DNA of 64,000 bases from Candidatus Eiseniibacteriota bacterium (lineage in GTDB: Bacteria > Eisenbacteria > RBG-16-71-46). The stretch's first letter is position 1; every line of letters begins with the position of its first letter. The notes beneath the pieces were generated by a model. That model was not told where the DNA came from, made no database searches, and worked only from the letters and a program-made list of their open reading frames with translations. Where the stretch lies: positions 20,310 through 84,309 of the forward strand of contig JBGPFC010000017.1 in NCBI GenBank assembly GCA_041483195.1. Direction: 5' to 3'. Made by a program: the position numbers and the translations under genes. This document shows positions 47,602 through 57,317 of this stretch, in pieces.

Positions 47602-48818
47602 TCATCGCGCCATGCACGGTCGTCACCGGCGGGCCCGCTCCGCGCGTCATCGACAACGCGGCGGTGCGGGTGGTGGGCGCGCACATCGCGGCGGTCGGAT
47701 CGGCGGGCAACATCGCCGCCGCGCATCGCGAAGACACGTTGTGGCCGGCTCGCGGCCGCGTTCTGATGCCGGGGTTCGTGAACACCCATGCCCATCTCGC
47801 ACGCCACCTGGCGCGCGGCCTCGCGCTGCGCGGGCCGGCCGCCTGGCGGCGCTACGATCGCGCACTCTCGCCGGAGGACGTGCAGTGGGCGGTGACCGCC
47901 GCGCTGGTCGAAGGCGTGCGGCACGGGGTCACCACCGTGTGCGACTTCCACCGCTCGGAGGCATGCGTCGAGCTCTCGCTCGCGGAGGTGGTCGCGGCCG
48001 CGCGGCGCGTTGGCGTGAGGGTCGCGACCTGCTACGGCGCGGCCGAGGACGACGCGCCGGCCGCGCGCCGGACCGCGTTCGAGGAGTGCGCCGGGCTCGC
48101 CGCCGACCTCGCCCGCCAGCGCGACGGCAAGCTGCGGGCGATGGTGGGGGTGCAGGCCACGTCGCTCGCCGGCGTCGACGCGCTGATCGCGAGCGCGCTC
48201 GAAGCCGCGGGCGACGCGCTCGCCGTGCACGTGGACCTGGCGCTCGACATCACGCCCTCCGAGCGCTGGCAGGGGACGCGCGTGTGGCGCACCGGCGGCC
48301 CGCCCTCGCTCTGGGCGCACGCCGAGGCCGCGCCGCGCGGACTGCTCGGGGCGGCGCAGGAGCGCGGCGACGCGCTGTCGGCGATCGGATCCGGCTCGAC
48401 CGCCGCGCTGGTGCGTGACGCCGACGTCGCTTGGGGCAGCGACGCCTCGGTCAACGCGCCGCCGCTCGCGGATTCGGCCGGCGGCTGGGCCACCGGCGCG
48501 CGCGCCGAGATGCACTACCGCCGGCTGTTCGTGAACGGTCCGCGCTGGGCCGAGGGCGTGTTCGGCGAGGGGCTCGGCACCGTCATGCCGGGCGCGCCCG
48601 CCGATCTGGTGCTGGTGGACTACCGCCCCGCGACCGAGTTCTCTTCGCGCACGCTGGTGGACCACCTGTGGTCGGGGCTGCTGCGCGCGCCGATCTCGGG
48701 CGTGATGGTGGCGGGTGAACCCCTGATGGACAACGGGGTCATGCTCGCCGCCGACGAGCGCGAGGTCGCGGAGCGCGCGCGCGAGTGCGCGGCTCGCGTG
48801 TGGGGACGGATCGGGTAG
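47598..48818 (+). CDS. Divergent SsnA-like amidohydrolase
   Basis: MPGFVNTHAH, GVTTVCDFH, WAHA, WGSD, GAPADLV; ATGA overlap. Confidence 0.8.
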   Translation: MIIAPCTVVTGGPAPRVIDNAAVRVVGAHIAAVGSAGNIAAAHREDTLWPARGRVLMPGFVNTHAHLARHLARGLALRGPAAWRRYDRALSPEDVQWAVTAALVEGVRHGVTTVCDFHRSEACVELSLAEVVAAARRVGVRVATCYGAAEDDAPAARRTAFEECAGLAADLARQRDGKLRAMVGVQATSLAGVDALIASALEAAGDALAVHVDLALDITPSERWQGTRVWRTGGPPSLWAHAEAAPRGLLGAAQERGDALSAIGSGSTAALVRDADVAWGSDASVNAPPLADSAGGWATGARAEMHYRRLFVNGPRWAEGVFGEGLGTVMPGAPADLVLVDYRPATEFSSRTLVDHLWSGLLRAPISGVMVAGEPLMDNGVMLAADEREVAERARECAARVWGRIG

Positions 48819-48845
48819 GGCCCGGGGCGCGCGATCGCCCGGGCG

Positions 48846-49208
48846 TCAGCGCTCGCGGCGGTAGGCGCGCTCCACTTTCGCGATGCGCACTTCGAAGTGC
48901 GAGTACCAGCTCCGGTCGCGCGAGGCCTGCTGCACCGCGCGGTGCTCGTCCACCATCTTCCACGCGCGAATCGCTTCCTCGCTCTCCCAGTACGAGACGG
49001 TGATGCCCAGTCCGTCCTCGCCGCGAGTGCTCTCCACGCCCAGGAAGCCGGGCTGAGCCGCCACCATCCGCAGCATCTGTTCGGAAGCCTCGGCGTATCC
49101 CGCGGTGTTCGGGCCATGCGCCGATGTGAAGATCACGACGTAGTAGGGCGGCTCCGGCGTGCGCGCGAAAAGGCCGGGGCGCGGGTCGGCGGAAGGCTCG
49201 TTCGACAT
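48846..49208 (-). CDS. Antibiotic biosynthesis monooxygenase (ABM) family protein
   Basis: PPYYVVIFTS, QPGFLGVES, ITVSYWES, H...Q, WY. Confidence 0.9.
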   Translation of the reverse strand: MSNEPSADPRPGLFARTPEPPYYVVIFTSAHGPNTAGYAEASEQMLRMVAAQPGFLGVESTRGEDGLGITVSYWESEEAIRAWKMVDEHRAVQQASRDRSWYSHFEVRIAKVERAYRRER

Positions 49209-49377
49209 GACGTTCCTCGGGCGAGGGGGCCGGCGCGCGGCGTCGCCGGATCGAAGCTCGAGCGCACTGTAAGACGCGCCGGCAGATTTCGGCTAGTCTG
49301 ATCGCGGCCGCAGTTCCGATTCGCGCTCGCGCCCCGTCCGCCCACGCCTCCGAACGACTCCATCGGATCACGCGCCC

Positions 49378-49842
49378 ATGCTCCATATCGTCCCCGCCGC
49401 GACCCCAGGCGACCTCGTCCAGGTCCGCGCGCTATTTCGCGAGTACGCGGAGTCGCTCGGCATCGATCTCTCGTTCCAGGATTTCGAGCGCGAGCTCGAG
49501 AACCTGCCTGGCGACTACGCGCCGCCCTCCGGCCGGCTGCTCATCGCGCGCGTGGACGAAGCGCCGGCCGGCTGCGTCGCGTTGCGCGCGCTGGCCCCCG
49601 GCATCTGCGAGATGAAGCGGCTCTACGCGCGCCCCGCGTTTCGCGGGCAGGGCGTGGGGCGCTCGCTCGCCGGGGCGATCATCGAAGCGGCGCGCGAGGT
49701 GGGCTACGCGCGCATGCGGCTCGACACGCTGCCCACCATGACGCCCGCGATTGCGCTCTATCGGGGGCTGGGGTTTCATCCCATCGAGCCCTATCGTTTC
49801 AACCCGGTCGAAGGTACGAAGTTCATGGAGCTGAGGCTGTGA
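49378..49842 (+). CDS. GNAT N-acetyltransferase
   Basis: CEMKRLY, RGQGVG, LDTL, LYRGLGF. Confidence 0.92.
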   Translation: MLHIVPAATPGDLVQVRALFREYAESLGIDLSFQDFERELENLPGDYAPPSGRLLIARVDEAPAGCVALRALAPGICEMKRLYARPAFRGQGVGRSLAGAIIEAAREVGYARMRLDTLPTMTPAIALYRGLGFHPIEPYRFNPVEGTKFMELRL

Positions 49843-49894
49843 TCTCGCGAAGCATCGTCCCCACCGGTCGCGCGCGCCACGCGCGGAGGCACTC

Positions 49895-50677
49895 ATGAAG
49901 ATCCCGATCTACCAGATCGACGCGTTCACCAGCCGCGTGTTCGCGGGCAATCCCGCCGCGGTGTGCCCGCTCGACCGCTGGCTCGACGAAGCGGTGATGC
50001 AGTCGATCGCCGCAGAGAACAACCTCGCGGAAACCGCCTTCATCGTCCGGGACGGCAGCGAGTGGGCGATTCGCTGGTTCACCCCGGAGCTGGAGGTGGA
50101 GCTCTGCGGCCACGCGACGCTGGCGTCCGGGTTCCTCATGCTCAACCGCCTCGAGCCGCTGCGCGATTCCGTCACGTTCTTCTCGAAGAGCGGGCCGCTC
50201 ACGGTGAAGCGCGCCGGCGAGCGGCTCGAGCTGGACCTTCCCACCCGCGCGCCGGCCTCCTGCGAGTGGCCGGCCGAGCTGGAGGAAGGACTGGGCGCCG
50301 CGCCGCGCGAGGTGCTGCGCGCCCCCCGCGACTACCTCGCGGTGTTCGACGACGAGGCCGCGGTGCGCACGCTCCGTCCGCGGATGGACCTGCTCGCCAC
50401 GCTCGACGCGCTGGGCGTGATCGCGACCGCGCCCGGCGCGTCGTGCGACTTCGTCTCGCGCTTCTTCGCGCCGCGCGCCGGCGTTCCCGAGGATCCGGTC
50501 ACCGGATCGGCGCACTGCACGCTGGTTCCCTACTGGTCGGCGCGCCTCGGCAGGCCCCGGCTTCACGCTCGCCAGATCTCGGCGCGCGGCGGCGAGCTAT
50601 GGTGCGAGCACCGCGGCGATCGCGTGATGATGGCCGGGATGGCCGTGCAGTTCCTCGAGGGCACGATCGAGGTCTGA
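49895..50677 (+). CDS. PhzF family isomerase
   Basis: DAFT, GNPAAV, ETAF, LCGHATLA, EDPVTGSAH. Confidence 0.94.
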   Translation: MKIPIYQIDAFTSRVFAGNPAAVCPLDRWLDEAVMQSIAAENNLAETAFIVRDGSEWAIRWFTPELEVELCGHATLASGFLMLNRLEPLRDSVTFFSKSGPLTVKRAGERLELDLPTRAPASCEWPAELEEGLGAAPREVLRAPRDYLAVFDDEAAVRTLRPRMDLLATLDALGVIATAPGASCDFVSRFFAPRAGVPEDPVTGSAHCTLVPYWSARLGRPRLHARQISARGGELWCEHRGDRVMMAGMAVQFLEGTIEV

Positions 50678-50781
50678 GGCCTGCGCGCGGGGCGCGGTTC
50701 CGCGCTTGTGACTTCCATGACCTTCGGCTGCCCGCCGGCTGCCCGCGGGCGGCCACACGCGCGTGCGATGGTGAACTATCT

Positions 50782-50798
50782 TGCACACGCATCGTGCA
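50782..50798. promoter_or_regulatory. NtrC-type enhancer palindrome
   Basis: TGCAC-N7-GTGCA about 80 nt upstream of a sigma54 motif. Confidence 0.5.
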
Positions 50799-50874
50799 CG
50801 AACGCCATCGAGCGGTGGCGGTCGGCGGGTGCAACTCGCTGCGATTCAACGGGGGCATACCCCACCTCGGCGCG

Positions 50875-50890
50875 CGGCACGCCGCCTGCT
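50875..50890 (+). promoter_or_regulatory. sigma54 -24/-12 promoter
   Basis: CGGCACGCCGCCTGCT. Confidence 0.6.
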
Positions 50891-50984
50891 CATGACCTCC
50901 CCCGAAGCATGCGTGCCGCGACCCGTCTGGCGCGGATCACGCGGAGGATTCGAACCGGGTGCTCCCCACAGACCGGAGGATGGC

Positions 50985-51308
50985 ATGAAGCGCATCGTGA
51001 TGTTGTGCGTGGCCGCCGCGCTGGCGGCGATGACGGTGTCGGTGGCGTCGGCGAACACGGCGACGCCGCGGGTGGAGCGCCGCGAGGCGCGTCAGCACGC
51101 CCGCATTCATCAGGGCGTCCGGAGCGGCGAGCTGACGCCGGGCGAGGCCGCGCGGCTTCGCGCCGGGCAGCGTCACGTCGATCGCGTGGAAGACCGCGCG
51201 AAGGCGGACGGACGCGTGACGCCCCGCGAGCGTGCGCGCCTCAATCACGCGCAGAACCACCAGAGCCGCACGATCTACCGCCTGAAGCACAACGCGCGCA
51301 CGCGCTGA
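50985..51308 (+). CDS. Small secreted helical repeat protein
   Basis: GGAGG RBS; signal peptide; RIHQGVRSGELT / KADGRVT repeats; IYRLKHN. Confidence 0.85.
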   Translation: MKRIVMLCVAAALAAMTVSVASANTATPRVERREARQHARIHQGVRSGELTPGEAARLRAGQRHVDRVEDRAKADGRVTPRERARLNHAQNHQSRTIYRLKHNARTR

Positions 51309-51371
51309 GCAGTCGCCGCGCCGGCTCGTCACGGTGCCAGGGCAAGGAAACGAGCACGGTGCGGCGTACGG

Positions 51372-51400
51372 CCCCCGGCGGAGCGATCCGCCGGGGGTTT
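51372..51400 (+). terminator. Intrinsic terminator
   Basis: CCCCCGGCGGA-GCGA-TCCGCCGGGGG-TTT. Confidence 0.75.
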
Positions 51401-51536
51401 CATGTTGGGCGCGATCGTCGAACGCGCGCGGCGGTCGCGCCGCAGCCCGCGCTCGTCGCGCGGGGCTTGCGCCGCGCTCACCCGCTCGCCATTCTCCCCT
51501 CGCTCCCCGAGCATCCGCTCCCCAGCGGAGATCGCC

Positions 51537-52511
51537 GTGACCCCGAGAGTGATGGTCGTCCTGCTGCTCGCGCTCCTCCGTGCCGCGCCCGCGCGCGCGG
51601 CCGAGCCCCCCGCCGTCGAGCAGGGCGTCCGCCTGTTCGAGCAGGGCCGTTTCGACGAAGCGCAGAAGACGCTCGCGCCCGCCGCGAGCGCGAAGCCGCC
51701 CAGCGCGACCGCGGCGTTCTATCTCGGCCGCATCGCGATGCGGACCGACGACGCGAAGCAGGCCGAGCGCTGGTTCGAGGCCGCGATCGGGCAGGACGAA
51801 GCCAACGCCGCGTATCACCTGTGGCTCGGCCGCGCGTACGGCACGCAGGCGGAGCACGCGGGCAAGCTCTCGCAGTTCGGGCTCGCGAAGAAGGTGAAGG
51901 CCGAGTTCGAGCGCGCGGTCGCGCTCGACGCGAACAACCTCGAAGCGCGCGAGGGCCTGATCGATTACTACCTCGAGGCGCCCGGGTTCATGGGGGGCAG
52001 CCCCGAGAAGGCGAAGCAGCAGGCCGGGGAGATCGCCCGTCGCGACCCGCTGCGCGGCACGCTCGCGAGCGCGCGGATCGCCGAGGACCAGAAGGATCTG
52101 GCCGGCGCCGAGCGCGCGTACCAGTCCGCGGCGCACGCCGCGCCCGACAGCATGGGCCCGCGCTACGCGCTCGGCCTCTTCTACGCGCGCACGAAGCAGT
52201 TCGACCAGGCCTTCGCGACCTTCGAGGACATGCTCAAGGCGAAACCCGGCGAGCTGGGCGCGCTCTACCAGGTGGGCCGTACCGGCGCGCTGTCGGGCCA
52301 GCGGCTCGACCGCGCGGAGGCCGCGCTCCAGCAATTCCTCGCCGCGCCGCCGGCACCCAGCACGCCCAACCCCGCAGCAGCGCACTGGCGGCTCGGCATG
52401 GTGTACGACAAGGGCGGGAAGAAGGACCTCGCGCGGCAGGAGTACCAGCGCTCGCTCGCGCTCGACCCGCAGCAGGCCGAGGCGAAGAAGGCGCTCGCCG
52501 CGCTGAAGTGA
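51537..52511 (+). CDS. Exported TPR protein
   Basis: GTG start; signal ...ARA; TPRs; APGFMGG motif. Confidence 0.85.
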   Translation: MTPRVMVVLLLALLRAAPARAAEPPAVEQGVRLFEQGRFDEAQKTLAPAASAKPPSATAAFYLGRIAMRTDDAKQAERWFEAAIGQDEANAAYHLWLGRAYGTQAEHAGKLSQFGLAKKVKAEFERAVALDANNLEAREGLIDYYLEAPGFMGGSPEKAKQQAGEIARRDPLRGTLASARIAEDQKDLAGAERAYQSAAHAAPDSMGPRYALGLFYARTKQFDQAFATFEDMLKAKPGELGALYQVGRTGALSGQRLDRAEAALQQFLAAPPAPSTPNPAAAHWRLGMVYDKGGKKDLARQEYQRSLALDPQQAEAKKALAALK

Positions 52512-52530
52512 TCGCGTCGCGTGGCTGCGG

Positions 52531-53865
52531 CTACTGCGCGCGCATCATGCGCTCGATCGCGTCGGGGTCACGCGGCAGCGCGCCGGTGAGGAGGCGGTGC
52601 CCGCTCTTCGTCACCAGCACGTCGTCCTCGATCCGCACCCCGAGCCGCTTCGCGAGCAGGTAGACGCCCGGTTCGATGGTGAGCACCATGCCGGGCTCGA
52701 GCGCGCGCCCGCGGTCGCCGGCGTCGTGCACGTCGAGCCCCACCCAGTGCCCGAGCCCATGGATGAAATCGTCGCGGTAGCCCGCCTCGCGGAACATCTG
52801 CTCGGCGTGGCGGTGGATGTCCTCGTAGAAGACCCCCGGCTTCACCATGTCGATGCACGCGTTCTGCACCTTCAGCACCAGCTCGTAGACCGCGCGCTGC
52901 TCCGGCGTCCACCTTCCGTCGGCGGGATAGGTGCGCGTGATGTCGGCCGCGTAGTGGTCGTACTCGGCGCCGATGTCGACGACGACCAGCGAACCCGCCG
53001 CGATGGTGTGGCTGTGCGACGGGTAGTGCAGCACGCAGGAGTTGAGCCCGGAGCCCACGATCGACGGGAACGCCGCGCGCACGCTGCCGCCGCGGCGATA
53101 CTCGAGGTCGATGACTCCGCCCACCCAGTTCTCCTCGGCCGCCGGGCGGATCGCGAGCGCCGCGGCATGCTGGGCCGCGATGGTGTTCGCGATCGCCTTT
53201 TCCATGAGCGCCAGCTCCTCGTCGCTCTTCACCTGCCGCATCGCGGCGATCGCGCCCTGCGCGTTCTTCACGGCGAGGCCCGGGATGCGCGCCTGCAGCT
53301 TCGAGTAGAGGTCGCTCTCCGGGGGGAGCGGCGCGCCCGGTGCGACCGCCGGCGCGATCATGTGGAGCACCGGGGCGTGCGCGAGGTCGCGCAGCAGCAC
53401 GCCGTCGAGCGCGCCCGCCCGCGCGACGAGCTCGAAGCCGAGCGCCGCTCGCAGCGAGTCGCCGATCAGTCCGCGGATGCCGGTCCAGCGCTCCGCCTCG
53501 GAGTCCACCGACTTGAGGAATAGCGCCTCGCGATACACGCGCTCGCCCGGCGCGAGCACCAGGATCGCGCCCTCTTCGTCGACGCCCGTGAGGTAGTAGA
53601 AGTTGGGATCGGACTTGAAGCCGGCGTCGTCATCGCCGCCCTTGCCGTAGAGCACAGCGACGCCCGGGCCGAGCTGCTTCATGAGCCGCTCGCGTCGTGC
53701 CTTGAAAACGGAGGGCGGGAGTGGCGACGGCACGCGCTCGGCGACCTGAAGCCGGAGCGGGGCGCTGCGCTCGGCGGCACCGCCCGCGGGTTGCGCATGG
53801 GGGGGCGTGCTGGTCGCGAGCACGGTCAGAATGATGGTGGCGACGGCGGCGAATGCGCGCTTCAT
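52531..53865 (-). CDS. pepP: Xaa-Pro aminopeptidase (M24B) with signal peptide
   Basis: FYYLTG, LHY, DIGAE, ADITRT, HGLGHWVGLDVHD, IEPG, RIEDD. Confidence 0.9.
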   Translation of the reverse strand: MKRAFAAVATIILTVLATSTPPHAQPAGGAAERSAPLRLQVAERVPSPLPPSVFKARRERLMKQLGPGVAVLYGKGGDDDAGFKSDPNFYYLTGVDEEGAILVLAPGERVYREALFLKSVDSEAERWTGIRGLIGDSLRAALGFELVARAGALDGVLLRDLAHAPVLHMIAPAVAPGAPLPPESDLYSKLQARIPGLAVKNAQGAIAAMRQVKSDEELALMEKAIANTIAAQHAAALAIRPAAEENWVGGVIDLEYRRGGSVRAAFPSIVGSGLNSCVLHYPSHSHTIAAGSLVVVDIGAEYDHYAADITRTYPADGRWTPEQRAVYELVLKVQNACIDMVKPGVFYEDIHRHAEQMFREAGYRDDFIHGLGHWVGLDVHDAGDRGRALEPGMVLTIEPGVYLLAKRLGVRIEDDVLVTKSGHRLLTGALPRDPDAIERMMRAQ

Positions 53866-53955
53866 GGCGGCTCTCCTCGCGGTGGGTCCTACGGTGGAGC
53901 GGGGAGTATACGCAACGATGCGGGACGGCGAAGCGTCGCAGCAGGCTGGCGAAAG

Positions 53956-55338
53956 CTAGTCCCCGAGCGGCCGCAGCAGATCCATCGCGCGCGTGTACGA
54001 CACGGTGAATCGCGCCTGCTCGATGGTCGGGCCGAGCGGCCACGCGTAGTTGAGGCGCACGAATCCGGTGGGATCGGGAATCCCGGGGCGATAGAGCAGC
54101 GCGATGCCGGCCTCGCTCACCCAGTGCTCCTGATCCGGCCAGTCCACGCCGCCGCGCGCCGGGCCGCCGTAGGGATCCGCGCCCCACACCGCTCCCGCGC
54201 CCGCGAACACGCCGGCCTGGAGCGGGAACATCGCGGGGTGCGGAATACGCGCCAACTCGAGCAGGTCGGGCGCCTCGATGAGATCGAGCCGCGCGAGCGC
54301 CATGCCGGTGCCGCCACGCGATCCGCCCTCGACGCTGCGCAGGGTGTGCGAGCCGCCGAGGTAGAACTCTTCCTGCGGCACGGCCCCTTGCGTGAGGCGC
54401 CCGTACGCGAGCTGCGGCACGATCGCGATTCGGTGCCCGATCGCGAAATCGCCGGCGAGCCCGAGGCGAACGCGGCGGTACTCGAGCGCGCTCCCCGCCG
54501 CGTGGCTCGCGCTCGCCCAGCGCGCCTCGCCGGTGAGCGGGACCAGCGGGAGCCGGGCCGCGCCCTCCAGATCGAACTCGTGCGTTCGCCCCAGCCGGGC
54601 GGGAAGATTGTCGATCACCTTCGGCGTCGCGTTCGCGAGGTTCCAGGTCGTGGTGGTCGCGAGCGGGGATTCGAGCATGTCGCGGAACGCCGCGATCGCG
54701 CGCCAGGTCGCCGCCTCGCGCTCGAGTGCCGCCTGGAATCCGTCGCGTCTGAGATATTGCTTGCGGTCGTTGCCCGACACGAACGCGCGCAGCATCGCGA
54801 GGCGCACGTCTGCGAAGTCGCGGTCCATGCCCTCGGTGTAGCGCCCGGCGAGCACGCGCAGCGCCCAGTAACTCTCGTCGTCGATCCGCAGCGTCTTCGT
54901 ATAGGTGCCGCCGCCCAGCCAGTCGTTCGGTCCGGCGGCGTAATGCAGCGAGCCATCGAGATTGCCGAGCTGGCGCGCGCGCCCGACGCTCAGGCCCCCG
55001 CCGTAGCGCGGGCCGTCGACGCGATTGAATCCGAGGTCGCCACTCAGCGAAGGCTTGAGCCGCAACTTCTCCTTCGCGTGCGGGTGCGCGAGCTGGTAGG
55101 CGAGGGCGCTGTCCTGGCCGGCGGTGTCTGGCGCCGCGGCCGCGACGCCGAAATAGGCGTCGGTCGAGTCGGAGAGCGTGCGGAAAAAGTTCTCGAGCGT
55201 GTCGGGCGCGGCTTCGGCCGCCCGCGACACGCTGGCGGCGAGCGGCGTCGCCGAGAGCGCCGAGAGCGCCGCGAGCGCCCACGCGGCGGCGCGGGCGAAG
55301 CCTCGGATCCGTGCGCGCTCCGCGCGGGCCCGCCTCAC
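53956..55338 (-). CDS. Putative outer-membrane beta-barrel protein
   Basis: Signal peptide; FNRVDG; LGGSHTLRS; EAGI; amphipathic strands; GTGA overlap with the upstream gene. Confidence 0.7.
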   Translation of the reverse strand: MRRARAERARIRGFARAAAWALAALSALSATPLAASVSRAAEAAPDTLENFFRTLSDSTDAYFGVAAAAPDTAGQDSALAYQLAHPHAKEKLRLKPSLSGDLGFNRVDGPRYGGGLSVGRARQLGNLDGSLHYAAGPNDWLGGGTYTKTLRIDDESYWALRVLAGRYTEGMDRDFADVRLAMLRAFVSGNDRKQYLRRDGFQAALEREAATWRAIAAFRDMLESPLATTTTWNLANATPKVIDNLPARLGRTHEFDLEGAARLPLVPLTGEARWASASHAAGSALEYRRVRLGLAGDFAIGHRIAIVPQLAYGRLTQGAVPQEEFYLGGSHTLRSVEGGSRGGTGMALARLDLIEAPDLLELARIPHPAMFPLQAGVFAGAGAVWGADPYGGPARGGVDWPDQEHWVSEAGIALLYRPGIPDPTGFVRLNYAWPLGPTIEQARFTVSYTRAMDLLRPLGD

Positions 55339-56180
55339 CGCGCCCTCCCCGGTTTCACGAACAGCGAGTCGTCGATGCCGGCGTTGATCGCGTACTGGTC
55401 GAACTGGAGCGCGACGTCGAACGAGCGCCCGATCGTGGGGATCGGCATCGAGAGCTGGACGCGCACCAGCACGCGCCTCAGCACCCAGTAGCCGTCCACG
55501 CGCTGCCGCTCGATCACCATGCGGTCCATGCTCTTGAGAATGAGCGGCACCGGCGAGCGCGGGAAGCTCACCTCCTGTCGCACGATCACGAAGTCGTTGG
55601 TGTCCACCCACACCAGCCCGCTCGGGATCGACGGGTCGAGCGCGGAGCGCGGCTCGAACGCGATGCGGTAGATCAGGTGACTGCCCAGCAGGTCGCGTCC
55701 CACGATGCGGTAGCGGAACGCGCGCCGCGCGCTCGGGCGGAACGCGAAGTTCACGATCTCCTCGTCCATGTCCGCGCGGAAGTTGACCTCGACGTTGTCG
55801 CCCTTGCCGCCCTTGTCGTCCTTGCCGCCCTTCTCCGGCTTCTTCTGCCAGTGGTGCAGCAGCACGGTGCGCGCCTTGTCGGGCTTCTTCTTGTAAACGC
55901 GCGAGACGGTCTCCTCGAGCAGCTGCGGAGGCTTCTTCGTCTCGGCGACGTCGCGCACCACGCGCACCGTGGAGGTGAACGCCTGGTCGTGCAGCAGCGA
56001 ATCGCGATGCGCCTCGCCGCGCGCCACGCGGTCGAGGATCTCGTCGAGCGTCACCCGCGGCGCGCGCACCAGCACCTCGGAGACGGTGGTGCGCATGGTG
56101 TCCTCGACGGCGACGGTGGGCCCGGAGGACGGGGGCGCGGCGAGCGCGATCAGGACTGCCAGGGCCGGAAGCGTGGGCAT
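55335..56180 (-). CDS. Exported protein resembling the DUF5686 N-terminal region
   Basis: Signal peptide; EVLVRA; YRIAFEPR...GLVWVD...FVIVR; F-x-x-Y-x-IN-x-GIDDSLF. Confidence 0.7.
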   Translation of the reverse strand: MPTLPALAVLIALAAPPSSGPTVAVEDTMRTTVSEVLVRAPRVTLDEILDRVARGEAHRDSLLHDQAFTSTVRVVRDVAETKKPPQLLEETVSRVYKKKPDKARTVLLHHWQKKPEKGGKDDKGGKGDNVEVNFRADMDEEIVNFAFRPSARRAFRYRIVGRDLLGSHLIYRIAFEPRSALDPSIPSGLVWVDTNDFVIVRQEVSFPRSPVPLILKSMDRMVIERQRVDGYWVLRRVLVRVQLSMPIPTIGRSFDVALQFDQYAINAGIDDSLFVKPGRAR

Positions 56181-56373
56181 GCGTGCCTCGGGTGGGACGG
56201 GGGTATGGCCAGGCGCCGCGGAACGGCCGCGACGCGTGGGGTGGCGGACGCTAACAGCCGGTGCGGCGCGGCCGCAACAGGTCGCGACGCCTCCGCCACG
56301 CCCCGGGCCTGCGAGGGGCGGGCGTTTCCGGCGAGTTGCGCTATTCTGTCTTCCGCTCTAGCAAGAACGCCAC

Positions 56374-56389
56374 CGGCACGCCGCGTGCG
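56374..56389 (+). promoter_or_regulatory. sigma54 -24/-12 promoter
   Basis: CGGCACGCCGCGTGCG, 57 nt upstream of the OMP start. Confidence 0.55.
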
Positions 56390-56445
56390 AGGGACCGCAC
56401 GCGTGGATGGGCCGCGCGGGACTTCGTTCCAGCAGGGAGGACGTC

Positions 56446-57225
56446 ATGAACCATCGCCGAATCTGGATCACCGCGCTCGCCGGCCTCGCGGCCGTGGCGG
56501 GCGCCGCTCGCGCGGAGGGCTTTTCCGCGGCGAACACGGGCGCCGCGGCGCCCGCGGAATTCGCGTACACCGGCGCGCCATCGGGAGCGCGCTTCGATGC
56601 CGTGCGCTACCAGCCGCGCTCCCATCGCGGGGGATTCGACAGCGGCCGGGCCGCGGGCGAGAGCCCCACGCAGATCCACATCGGGTTCTTCGAGCCCGAC
56701 GGAAACGGGGCGACCAGCTTCGCGTTCGGGATCCGCGGCGGGCCGCAGGTCGACGAGCACGTGCAGATCGGCGTCGGCGCGGACTGGTACCACAAGTCCG
56801 AGAGCCAGCGGGTCGTGGTGGGCGACCCCTACGTTGTGAACGGGAACATCGTGCGCCCGACCCGCGTGCTGTCGCGGGCGTCGAGCGACCTGATCCCGCT
56901 CGAGCTGTTCATGCAGCTGAGCGGCTCGCAGGACATGCAGGTGATCCCCTACGGCGGCATCGCGGGCGGCTATCAGTACCTGTTGCTCTCTGCGACCGAC
57001 TACCAGACGCGCAACGACTTCAACGCGACGTACGGCGGCTGGGGCTGGCAGGCATGGGGCGGCGCGGCGCTGCCGCTCTCGGGACGCTCGCGGCTGTTCG
57101 GCGAGGTGTTCGTGAACCAGGGCGACGTCGAGCGCGACGTCACAGACAGCGCCGGGAACGACTACCGCGAAGGCGTGAGCGCGGACGGCGTGGGCATGCG
57201 CTTCGGGGTGAGCTGGGGCTTCTAG
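56446..57225 (+). CDS. Small outer-membrane beta-barrel protein
   Basis: GGAGG RBS; signal ARA; PYGG strand; C-terminal GVSWGF. Confidence 0.82.
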   Translation: MNHRRIWITALAGLAAVAGAARAEGFSAANTGAAAPAEFAYTGAPSGARFDAVRYQPRSHRGGFDSGRAAGESPTQIHIGFFEPDGNGATSFAFGIRGGPQVDEHVQIGVGADWYHKSESQRVVVGDPYVVNGNIVRPTRVLSRASSDLIPLELFMQLSGSQDMQVIPYGGIAGGYQYLLLSATDYQTRNDFNATYGGWGWQAWGGAALPLSGRSRLFGEVFVNQGDVERDVTDSAGNDYREGVSADGVGMRFGVSWGF

Positions 57226-57317
57226 CCGACGGCGCGACGGGGTGAGGCGCGGGCGGAACCGCACGGGCCTTCGCGGCCTTGCCGCGCACCAACCCCTCCT
57301 ATAGGCTCGCTCGCGCC

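Noticed and set aside
50928..50960. GGATTCGAACC resembling a minus-strand tRNA T-loop
   Set aside because: The T-stem does not pair, spacing to a CCA end is wrong, and no cloverleaf forms.
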